Notes: generated by a model from the sequence alone, not told the origin. DNA of 14,486 nt from an uncultured Candidatus Saccharibacteria bacterium (GCA_964517185.1 CAZFBT010000013.1:1-14486); one strand, 5' to 3'. Shown: positions 8,044-13,945, counted from the stretch's first letter. Numbers and translations are program-made.

Positions 8044-8319
8044 ATGTTCACCGAGGTCCACTGCATCGTGACGGGGAAGGTACAGCGGGTCGGCTACCGC
8101 GATTTCATCGAGCGCGCTGCGAAAGAATGCAAGCTGACAGGATGGGTGAAGAACCGCCCGGATGGTGCCGTTGAAGTGCTCTTTCAGGGGTACCCTGATG
8201 ACCTGAAGCGAGCGCTTGAAGCGCTCCAGGAGGGCTCGGTCCTCGCACGCGTCGATGGCCTTGCCACGAACTGGCGCACCCCCGAGAAACAATTCGATGA
8301 TTTCAAGGTTATAGCCTGA
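8044..8319 (+). CDS. acyP: acylphosphatase
   Basis: 91 aa. It carries V.GKVQRVGYRDF and GWVKNRPDGAVEV, the two signature motifs of acylphosphatases (V.G.VQGVGFR and GWV.N..DG.VE), at the typical size. Confidence 0.85.
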   Translation: MFTEVHCIVTGKVQRVGYRDFIERAAKECKLTGWVKNRPDGAVEVLFQGYPDDLKRALEALQEGSVLARVDGLATNWRTPEKQFDDFKVIA

Positions 8320-8320
8320 C

Positions 8321-9013
8321 ATGGAGACAGGTCATACGCACAGTATCAAATGTGTCGGGTTCATCATGGATGGTAATCGGCGGTGGGCGAGGGCTCGAGG
8401 TCTTTCACCTGTTGAGGGTCACGAAGCGGGGTTCAGAGTGTTGGAGGATATTGTCCAGGTGGTACATCGTGCGCACATTCCGCACCTCGTGTGCTATGCG
8501 TTCTCGACCGAGAACTGGAAACGTGATGGACGAGAGGTTGCCTACCTCATGGAGCTCTTTCAGGAACAGCTGAAGCGCATGCACGACGCGACCAATGAGG
8601 ACCGCATGCGCATTAGGGTTGTGGGGAGGATGAGTGATTTCACTGAGGATATTCAGCTGTCTGTGGCAGAGCTGGTTGCAAAAACCGAGCGCTATACAAA
8701 TGAGACGACGATTTGGATCGCGCTCTCCTATGGAGGACGTGCAGAGATCATCGATGCGGCGAATCGAGCGATTGCATTGGGTGAGAAGGTCGATGAGGAC
8801 TCATTCTCACAGTTGCTCTACACGAAGGGTATGCCCGACCCCGACCTCATCATCCGCACCGGTGGCGAAAAGCGACTCTCGAATTTCCTGCCGTGGCAAG
8901 GCGTATACAGCGAGCTCTTCTTCACCGAGACGCTCTGGCCCGACTTTGGGGAAGCAGAGTTTCAGAGTATCCTTGAAGCGTATGGAACAAGAGAACGGCG
9001 CAGGGGCACATAG
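8321..9013 (+). CDS. uppS: undecaprenyl-diphosphate synthase (cis-prenyltransferase)
   Basis: 230 aa. It has GFIMDGNRRWA, FSTENW.R and IRTGGEKRLSNFLPWQ..YSELFF, the hallmark UppS motifs. The start is 1 nt after the acyP stop. Confidence 0.93.
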   Translation: METGHTHSIKCVGFIMDGNRRWARARGLSPVEGHEAGFRVLEDIVQVVHRAHIPHLVCYAFSTENWKRDGREVAYLMELFQEQLKRMHDATNEDRMRIRVVGRMSDFTEDIQLSVAELVAKTERYTNETTIWIALSYGGRAEIIDAANRAIALGEKVDEDSFSQLLYTKGMPDPDLIIRTGGEKRLSNFLPWQGVYSELFFTETLWPDFGEAEFQSILEAYGTRERRRGT

Positions 9014-9740
9014 CGATATCGAGGTCCTCTACGAGGATGATGATGTCATCGTCATCAATAAACCCGCGGGCATCATGGTGCACGAGGACGGGCGGAGCGA
9101 AGGGCCGACGGTCGTTGACTGGTTCCTTGCCCGCGCGCCCGGGGCGCGCGGGGTCGGCGAACCAGGCTATGCGCAGGATGGAACGCTACTCGACCGCTCT
9201 GGGGTCGTACACCGGCTCGATAGAGAAACGTCTGGTGTACTCATTCTTGCAAAGACACAGCCCGCGTTTATTCACCTCAAGGGGCAGTTCCATGGCCGCC
9301 GCGTGCGCAAAGAGTATCGAGCCTTCGTGTACGGAACTATGAAGGAACAGTGGGGGACCATCGACCGCCCTATCGGGCGGAGCGGCCGCAATCCGAAGCT
9401 CCGGTCAGCCGAGCGCGGTGCTCAGGGCGTCCTTCGTCCCGCAGTGACCGACTGGGAGCGCATCGGTCAATCGGGCACGTTCGCGTATCTCAAGCTCATT
9501 CCAAAGACCGGCCGGACACACCAGCTCCGCGTTCACCTCAAGGCTATCGGACGTCCCATCCTGGGAGACACACTCTATGCGCCAGGGGAATTGCTTGCAA
9601 ACGAAAGCCTTGGCCTCACGCGGCTCGCGCTCCATGCGTACAGTCTCACGCTCACCCTTGAGGATGGGATTGAACGCACATTCATTGCGCCGCTTCCCGA
9701 AGATTTCGAGAACGCGCGCCGCGCCCTTGCGAGCACATAA
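8982..9740 (+). CDS. RluA-family 23S rRNA/tRNA pseudouridine synthase (no S4 domain)
   Basis: It has VLYEDDDVIVINKPAGIMVH, the catalytic-Asp motif HRLDRETSGVLILAK, and the GRTHQLRVHL motif. The first in-frame ATG compatible with the domain is 8982, which overlaps the uppS 3' end by 32 nt. The track ORF start at 8634 lies inside uppS in another frame. Confidence 0.88.
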   Translation: MEQENGAGAHSDIEVLYEDDDVIVINKPAGIMVHEDGRSEGPTVVDWFLARAPGARGVGEPGYAQDGTLLDRSGVVHRLDRETSGVLILAKTQPAFIHLKGQFHGRRVRKEYRAFVYGTMKEQWGTIDRPIGRSGRNPKLRSAERGAQGVLRPAVTDWERIGQSGTFAYLKLIPKTGRTHQLRVHLKAIGRPILGDTLYAPGELLANESLGLTRLALHAYSLTLTLEDGIERTFIAPLPEDFENARRALAST

Positions 9741-9827
9741 TTGCCGTGTTAGAGTACAGCACGCTTTTCGTCAGGCGCTTTTTTATTCCACTGCGCCTCA
9801 TACCGAAGCCCAAGAAACACTATTCAT

Positions 9828-10451
9828 ATGCATACGATTTCAGCGGGGATAGCTGTCTCCCCGGTCAACATGGAAGACCGCAAGAACCTTGGCCTCAGGG
9901 CAGGGGATACAGTGCGTGTTCACCAGAAGATCAAGGACGAGAAGAATAAGTACCGCATCCAAGTCTTCGAGGGTACCGTCTTAGCGAGGAAGCACGGCGC
10001 AGAGGCCGGGGCAACATTCACCGTCCGCAAAGTCGTCGACGGCATCGGTGTTGAGAAGATATTCCCGCTCTATTCTCCGCTCATCGACAAGATAGAGATC
10101 ATTCGTCGAAGTGATGTGCGTCGGGCAAAGCTCTACTACATCCGCGAGAAGGTAGCGCGCGAGATCAAGCGGCAGATGCGTCGTATGCGACTCATGGACA
10201 TAGCATCTGAATCGGAGACCGAAGCGCAGGCGCGTGCCGCCGAAGAGGCAGCACGAGTGGCAGCCGAAGCCAAGGCCGCCGAAGAAGCCAAGGCTGCAGA
10301 GGAAGCGCGCCTCAAGGCAGAGGCAGAAGCGAAGGCTGCGGAAGAGGCGAAGGCAGCAGAAGCATCAGCCCCAGCCCCCGAGCCAGCAGCAGAGGAAGTC
10401 GCTTCGGAGGCACCAGTACCGGAAGCAGCTCCGGAAGAAGAGAAGAAATAA
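9828..10451 (+). CDS. rplS: 50S ribosomal protein L19 with a ~86-aa Ala/Glu/Lys/Pro-rich C-terminal extension
   Basis: The core GDTVRVH.KI.....[15 protein letters not shown]...TFTVRK...[24 protein letters not shown] matches L19. The start at ATG 9828 gives the usual ~25 aa before GDTV; an alternative ATG is at 9870. The tail from ~10191 reads [10 protein letters not shown]...APEEEKK. Confidence 0.9.
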   Translation: MHTISAGIAVSPVNMEDRKNLGLRAGDTVRVHQKIKDEKNKYRIQVFEGTVLARKHGAEAGATFTVRKVVDGIGVEKIFPLYSPLIDKIEIIRRSDVRRAKLYYIREKVAREIKRQMRRMRLMDIASESETEAQARAAEEAARVAAEAKAAEEAKAAEEARLKAEAEAKAAEEAKAAEASAPAPEPAAEEVASEAPVPEAAPEEEKK

Positions 10452-10469
10452 ATCGGAATGTGAAGCATA

Positions 10470-10513
10470 CCGCGCGCCTTTACCATCAGGCAGAGGCGTG
10501 CGGTTTCGTTTTT
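10470..10513 (+). terminator. rho-independent terminator after rplS
   Basis: 10-bp stem CCGCGCGCCT / AGGCGTGCGG (one G-U) with a 14-nt loop, followed by TTTCGTTTTT. Confidence 0.7.
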
Positions 10514-10515
10514 CA

Positions 10516-10543
10516 TTGCAAAAATGCTAAAAATCCTTAGAAT
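10516..10543 (+). promoter_or_regulatory. sigma70-type promoter for tRNA-Leu
   Basis: TTGCAA (10516-10521), a 16-nt spacer, then TAGAAT (10538-10543). The tRNA starts at 10576. A 9-bp leader hairpin GTCACTCAA/TTGAGTGAC (10548-10573) lies in between. Confidence 0.5.
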
Positions 10544-10575
10544 GAGGGTCACTCAATTGTTATGTTGAGTGACTT

Positions 10576-10660
10576 GCCCAGGTGGCGAAACTTGGCAGAC
10601 GCACTACCTTGAGGTGGTAGCGCCCGTAAGGGCGTGCTGGTTCAAATCCAGTCCTGGGCA
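10576..10660 (+). tRNA. tRNA-Leu (anticodon GAG), class II with long variable arm
   Basis: Acceptor GCCCAGG/CCTGGGC. Anticodon arm CTACC-TTGAGGT-GGTAG. Variable arm CGCCC-GTAA-GGGCG. T arm GCTGG-TTCAAAT-CCAGT. Discriminator A. 85 nt. Confidence 0.93.
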
Positions 10661-10673
10661 CAAACGCGTCATG

Positions 10674-10698
10674 AAACCGAGACCTGCGTCTCGGTTTT
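10674..10698 (+). terminator. hairpin plus T-run after tRNA-Leu (A/T-flanked, potentially bidirectional); also the first hairpin of structured unit 1
   Basis: AAACCGAGAC-CTGC-GTCTCGGTTT followed by T. It starts 14 nt after the tRNA-Leu 3' end. Confidence 0.6.
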
Positions 10699-10702
10699 AG
10701 CG

Positions 10703-10759
10703 TTTGTGAGCCGGAGCCATGTTTTCGCTATACCTAATGCGAAAACGGGCGAGGCCGGG
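10703..10759. repeat. stem-loop module copy 1 (conserved flanks, covarying 8-bp stem, CCTAAT loop)
   Basis: TTTGTGAGCCGGAGC-c-AT-[GTTTTCGC]-tataCCTAAT-[GCGAAAAC]-gg-GCGAGGCCGGG. The paralogous copy is at 10950-11005. Confidence 0.85.
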
Positions 10760-10949
10760 TGAGACAGTCTGGGGGACTGTCGCAAGACTCATTGTGGATC
10801 TTTGCAAGTGAAGCGAAGCAAAGAGCCCAATGAGTGGACAGTGTCTGTAAGACGGGAAGTGCTTAGCGGTTTGGAGCAAAGCGAACAAACCACTTAGCAA
10901 CTTGACCCCAACCGCAAAAACGACCTGAACTGCTTCAGGCCGTTTCGCT

Positions 10950-11005
10950 TTTGTGAGCCGGAGCGATGTCGCAGCTGCTCCTAATGCTGCGACCGCGAGG
11001 CCGGG
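10950..11005. repeat. stem-loop module copy 2
   Basis: TTTGTGAGCCGGAGC-g-AT-[GTCGCAGC]-tgctCCTAAT-[GCTGCGAC]-c-GCGAGGCCGGG. The flanks are identical to copy 1. Four of the 8 stem pairs differ and all four are compensated. Confidence 0.85.
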
Positions 11006-11067
11006 CAGGAGGTTCTTAGCGAATGCAATGAGCTTAGAAACCTGACGCCCGTACATAAAATCCATTC

Positions 11068-11664
11068 CTACACCTCCTCCAAATATGCATTGAGGAAGGC
11101 GAGTTCGCGTTCGGTGATGAAGTGGCCCTGATAGATATTCGGCTTGTCTTTCTCGATGAGCTCAATGGCTTCGGTGGGATTCACCCAGACCGTCTGAAGT
11201 CCTTCAGCAATCTCGCTTTCGTCAAGCGCGGTCGGTCCTATCTCGCCCATGACCTCCGCGATGTACCCATACGATATCTGAATGAGGTCGTGGGCGTCGC
11301 GGTACTCGATGACGATGCCAAGGGGCTTCACAATGCGAATATCGCATCCGACCTCTTCACGCACCTCGCGGTGGAGCGCTTGTTCGAGCGTTTCGTCCTG
11401 TTCCATGCCGCCGCCGGGGAGCTTGTGGAAGAAGTGATTCGAAAGATACTGGAGCGCAATCGTGCCGTCGTCGCGGACAAGGACCGCTCGAGCGCTCTTT
11501 CTAAGTTTGTATGGTCGGTCCATCTTCTCGCTGAACCCCATGTTAAGAGAGCCGTCGCTAATTTCAGCGAGGAGTTTGAGCGCAGTCATATATTCCAGTA
11601 TATCAGAGCACGGTTCGGCTACTGTGTCTCGACAATAGCCTCCAAAACCGTTATAACTATGCAC
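11068..11664 (-). CDS. Nudix hydrolase
   Basis: A complete Nudix box is present: GGGMEQDETLEQALHREVREEVG (G-x5-E-x7-REVxEExG). The track start at 11664 is a GTG. In-frame ATGs at 11589, 11541 and 11523 would give 173-, 157- and 151-aa proteins, so the start is uncertain. Confidence 0.85.
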   Translation of the reverse strand: MHSYNGFGGYCRDTVAEPCSDILEYMTALKLLAEISDGSLNMGFSEKMDRPYKLRKSARAVLVRDDGTIALQYLSNHFFHKLPGGGMEQDETLEQALHREVREEVGCDIRIVKPLGIVIEYRDAHDLIQISYGYIAEVMGEIGPTALDESEIAEGLQTVWVNPTEAIELIEKDKPNIYQGHFITERELAFLNAYLEEV

Positions 11665-11787
11665 TGAACGTGTGGAAATAGCGCACTTCTGCGTTGTGCT
11701 TCACAAAATACCGATCATCGTATACTCGATACGCCTCACGGTATTTTGTTCGCACGCCTTGAATTGCATCAATTTCCACACGTTCAG
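11664..11787. repeat. 124-nt nested imperfect palindrome between the Nudix gene and tRNA-His
   Basis: Outer arms are a perfect 16-mer: CTGAACGTGTGGAAAT (11664-11679) / ATTTCCACACGTTCAG (11772-11787). Inner arms are a perfect 10-mer: CAAAATACCG (11704-11713) / CGGTATTTTG (11739-11748). The apex is CGTAT-ACTCG-ATACG (11719-11733). Confidence 0.9.
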
Positions 11788-11798
11788 AGAATGATAAT

Positions 11799-11871
11799 GG
11801 CGGCTATGGTGTAATGGTCAACACTGAGGTTTGTGGAGCCTTCGATCTGGGTTCGATTCCCAGTAGCCGCC
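11799..11871 (+). tRNA. tRNA-His (anticodon GTG) with encoded G-1
   Basis: G-1 at 11799 pairs with discriminator C73 (11871). Acceptor GCGGCTA/TAGCCGC. D arm GTGT-AATGGTCA-ACAC. Anticodon loop TTGTGGA (GTG at 11833-11835). T arm CTGGG-TTCGATT-CCCAG. CCA is not encoded. Confidence 0.93.
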
Positions 11872-11926
11872 CTAATGAATATTTAGCTAGAATGTCCCTG
11901 TATTGCAGGGATTTTCTAGTTCTAGC
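11868..11926 (+). repeat. boundary module L, copy 1 (tRNA-His trailer with extended terminator-like hairpin)
   Basis: CGCCCTAATGAATATTTAGCTAGAATGTCCCTGTATTGCAGGGATTTTCTAGTTCTAGC. It is 59/59 identical to 13011-13069. It contains the hairpin CTAGAA-tg-TCCCTG-tattg-CAGGGA-tt-TTCTAG (11887-11919), whose 3' arm lies in the T-rich run TTTTCT. Confidence 0.9.
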
Positions 11927-11942
11927 ATGCTATGCTTTTCGT

Positions 11943-12950
11943 ATGGACGAAAGTCAAACACCAGAAATAAGTTCAACTTCTCAAAAAACCAGTTTGAAAG
12001 AACAATTCACGACAGTCACACCTCTTTCAAAATTTCTCGCGATGGTCCTTTTTGTAGCGTTCCCATTTGTTGGTTTTTGGTTTGGTATGAAATATCAAAC
12101 TCAAGATACACTTGAGCTTATGCAAAGACAAACAAACATTGGAACAACAAATGATGCAAGTGGTGTCTTACCAACAGATACCAGTGTGAGTGGTCAGCTG
12201 ACGGGGAACATTCAGTCAAATCAGGAAATTGAGAAAGTAACTCAAGAAGAGAATGAACTATTGTTGAATCGTATACGCTCTGAATATTCTGACATTTTTT
12301 CTACGCCCACTGATTATTCATTTGAGTGGAGATGGTATGACACAAACACCGGACCGAACATATCCAACATTCAGGGTAAGGTAATATCAACATCAGAATT
12401 CTCTTTTCAGGATTTGTTCTTGGGAGACCAGAGCCTCTTTTACCAGATTGAAAACACTCTTCCATCTTTCTTTGAACAAGAAGGATTCACGCAGGCGACC
12501 GCAAATGACAGTGACCATCCTACAAACGGTAGTTCAGTTCAGGGTTATGAACGGATAAATGATGGGGTGGTGTGTCTCAGAATCATTGAAGATACCGAGT
12601 CAGAATTTATGAACTATAAAATTGCGTGTGGGTTTAATCCAGCAACTATGAGTCCGAAAAGAATCAGCTATGACACAGGGCAATATTTGGATTGGGTAGG
12701 GAACGTCGTGGAATACATTCAGGACTGCGGCGGGGGTGAGAAATGTTTCAGTAGTCTACGAATTTCTCTTCCTGAAAATATGCAAACAAGCGAAATTTTT
12801 GAAGCAAGAATTAATATTGAGCAGTGTGTAGATGAAACACTACGAACCGGTGATAACGTTCACACGAAGGGTCATATACAAACAATAGTCTCCGATATTG
12901 GTCTTATATTTTCTTGCGATGACTCAGGCACATCAGTGACTAGAAAGTAG
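11943..12950 (+). CDS. hypothetical membrane-anchored protein (cassette A), no recognised family
   Basis: 335 aa from ATG 11943 (MDESQTPE...). The track ORF start at 11814 lies inside tRNA-His, and the ATG at 11892 lies inside module L, where it reads into a stop after 12 codons in the second L copy. One N-terminal TM helix (FLAMVLFVAFPFVGFWFG) is followed by a Ser/Thr/Gln/Asn-rich linker and a ~220-aa domain with 6 Cys. Confidence 0.7.
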   Translation: MDESQTPEISSTSQKTSLKEQFTTVTPLSKFLAMVLFVAFPFVGFWFGMKYQTQDTLELMQRQTNIGTTNDASGVLPTDTSVSGQLTGNIQSNQEIEKVTQEENELLLNRIRSEYSDIFSTPTDYSFEWRWYDTNTGPNISNIQGKVISTSEFSFQDLFLGDQSLFYQIENTLPSFFEQEGFTQATANDSDHPTNGSSVQGYERINDGVVCLRIIEDTESEFMNYKIACGFNPATMSPKRISYDTGQYLDWVGNVVEYIQDCGGGEKCFSSLRISLPENMQTSEIFEARINIEQCVDETLRTGDNVHTKGHIQTIVSDIGLIFSCDDSGTSVTRK

Positions 12951-13015
12951 GAATGTAGATACTCACATCACTCAACCGCTCAAAAACAGTTCTAACATCC
13001 TCTACGACGTCGCCC
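12947..13015 (+). repeat. boundary module R, copy A
   Basis: 69 nt, GTAGGAATGTAGATACTCACATCACTCAACCGCTCAAAAACAGTTCTAACATCCTCTACGACGTCGCCC. It matches 13869-13937 at 60/69 positions, and the last 30 nt are identical. It ends in CGCCC, which is also the start of module L and matches the tRNA-His 3' terminal sequence (11868-11872). Confidence 0.88.
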
Positions 13016-13069
13016 TAATGAATATTTAGCTAGAATGTCCCTGTATTGCAGGGATTTTCTAGTTCTAGC
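13011..13069 (+). repeat. boundary module L, copy 2 (between cassettes A and B)
   Basis: Identical to 11868-11926. The hairpin at 13030-13062 is positioned to terminate cassette A transcription. Confidence 0.9.
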
Positions 13070-13090
13070 CTGATATACTTTTCAAACAAA

Positions 13091-13828
13091 ATGAGTAAAA
13101 AGATTGCAATTGTATGCTCGGGGGGAGGAATGAGGTGTGGCTACACTGGCGGTGTATTGGTGGCTCTTGCCCGAGAACTAAATCTTACGTCCCCAGACAT
13201 AATTATTGCTGGTTCAGGTAGTGCTGGTTTCTCACTTTATTATTTAACACAACAATACGAAGCCATAAAAAAGATTGCCATTGAACTTCTTGCTACGCCA
13301 AAATTTATTTCATTTCTACGTCTGAACAAAATTATGGACATAGATTATCTTATTGACGTCGTGTTCAAACAACAACAGCCTTTGGATTTGGAAAAACTAT
13401 CACAAACAAAATCCACATACTACATTCCAATCAAGAATTTAGAGAGTGGTGAAATACGCTACTTCTCAAACAAAGATGACGTAGATATTTTTGAAGTTCT
13501 GCGAGCGACAAAGGCAATCCCGTATTTCTACAAGAGAAAAATCTTACTAGACGGTTCTAGCTATGTAGACGGGTCAACATTCTCCCAACTAAAAAAGATG
13601 ATTGATAAGGCAATAGAGTTTGGTGCAGACAAAGTCCTTGTCATAGATTGTAGAACACTAATGAGTAAGCTCCCTGAGTATGAAGACGGTCAGGTGTTTG
13701 TAATTTCAAACCCTAAAATCCCATCAAAATTACTCACAAGGAATGCCAAGAAGTTGCAAAAGACCTATGAAATAGGTTACTCAGATGTTGTAACCAACAA
13801 AGCGTTAGAAGTTTGGCTAAAAAACTAA
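13091..13828 (+). CDS. patatin-like phospholipase family protein (cassette B)
   Basis: 245 aa from ATG 13091 (MSKKIAIVCSGGGMRCGYTGG). It has the oxyanion motif GGGMRCG (G-G-G-x-R/K-G-like), the nucleophile-elbow region DIIIAGSGSAGF (G-x-S-x-G-like), and a later DGS (LLDGSSYVDGS) at the place of the catalytic Asp D-G-[AG] motif. No signal peptide or TM helix is present. The track start at 13046 is a TTG inside repeat L. Confidence 0.72.
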   Translation: MSKKIAIVCSGGGMRCGYTGGVLVALARELNLTSPDIIIAGSGSAGFSLYYLTQQYEAIKKIAIELLATPKFISFLRLNKIMDIDYLIDVVFKQQQPLDLEKLSQTKSTYYIPIKNLESGEIRYFSNKDDVDIFEVLRATKAIPYFYKRKILLDGSSYVDGSTFSQLKKMIDKAIEFGADKVLVIDCRTLMSKLPEYEDGQVFVISNPKIPSKLLTRNAKKLQKTYEIGYSDVVTNKALEVWLKN

Positions 13829-13868
13829 TAAGGGCTAAGAAATAGTGCCTGCAGATGTAGGGTAGAAC

Positions 13869-13937
13869 GTAGGAATATAGATATTCGTATCACCCATTCT
13901 CTCAAACACAGTTCTAACATCCTCTACGACGTCGCCC
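13869..13937 (+). repeat. boundary module R, copy B
   Basis: GTAGGAATATAGATATTCGTATCACCCATTCTCTCAAACACAGTTCTAACATCCTCTACGACGTCGCCC. It lies 40 nt after the patatin stop. It is followed by unique sequence (AAATCGG...) rather than directly by an L module. Confidence 0.88.
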
Positions 13938-13945
13938 AAATCGGC

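Larger units (their letters stand above)
10699..11062 (-). ncRNA. candidate unclassified structured RNA (or structured non-autonomous repeat element); strand assignment tentative
   Basis: The region is a dense series of helices. These include the two modules above, GACAGTC/GACTGTC (10763-10781), the nested pair ACTCATTG/CAATGAGT (10787-10835) enclosing CTTTGC/GCAAAG, a 13-bp helix at 10861-10898, and CCTGAA/TTCAGG (10924-10939). Two plus-strand C/A mismatches (10867/10892 and 10923/10940) become G-U pairs on the minus strand. I saw no motif of RNase P, tmRNA or SRP RNA. Confidence 0.3.

Noticed and set aside
8634-8981. 5' extension of the pseudouridine synthase ORF (track ORF 8634-9740)
   Set aside because: The extension overlaps 350 nt of uppS in another frame and has Arg/Ser-rich junk composition. 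The RluA domain begins right after the ATG at 8982.
9773-9798. The hairpin AGGCGC...GCGCCT upstream of rplS as a terminator or L19 leader
   Set aside because: It has only 6 bp with a 14-nt loop. The T-run lies inside the loop rather than after the stem, so the support is insufficient.
10136-10552. A 138-aa minus-strand ORF and a 98-aa plus-strand ORF (10234-10530) rich in Ala/Ser or Arg/Lys/Gln
   Set aside because: These are frame shadows of the GCn/GAA/AAG repeat that encodes the L19 tail. They have low-complexity composition and no independent start signals.
10697-11065. A 122-aa minus-strand ORF (MDFMYGRQVSKLIAF...) directly after the Nudix stop, with an SD-like GGAGGTG upstream
   Set aside because: It is not called as a CDS. 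It lies wholly within the densely base-paired region. Its two nucleotide-conserved modules are read in different frames in the two copies, and the stems covary in a way protein selection would not produce. It is not fully excluded, because GLFA-type motifs recur in frame and the SD spacing is good, so it is discussed in the findings instead.
10674-11065. Possible identity as RNase P RNA, tmRNA, SRP RNA or a known riboswitch
   Set aside because: I looked on both strands for hallmark strings: GGAAAGTCC and ACAGAAnCCGGCTTA for RNase P, a tRNA-like TTCGA T-arm plus an ...ALAA tag frame for tmRNA, and the SRP domain IV GGAA/AGCA motifs. I found none. I cannot run a covariance-model search, so this is only a visual rejection.
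11122-11667. A 181-aa plus-strand ORF antisense to the Nudix gene
   Set aside because: The opposite strand carries a complete Nudix box. The plus-strand product has no motif and is a typical antisense shadow in GC-rich coding sequence.
11814-11942. 5' extension of the cassette A ORF, and the small ORFs starting at 11903 and 13046
   Set aside because: The 11814 start lies inside tRNA-His. The TTG-initiated MQGFSSSS... ORFs begin inside the noncoding L repeat; the 11903 ORF runs out of frame with gene A, and the 13046 start is only an in-frame 5' extension of the patatin ORF that begins within L.
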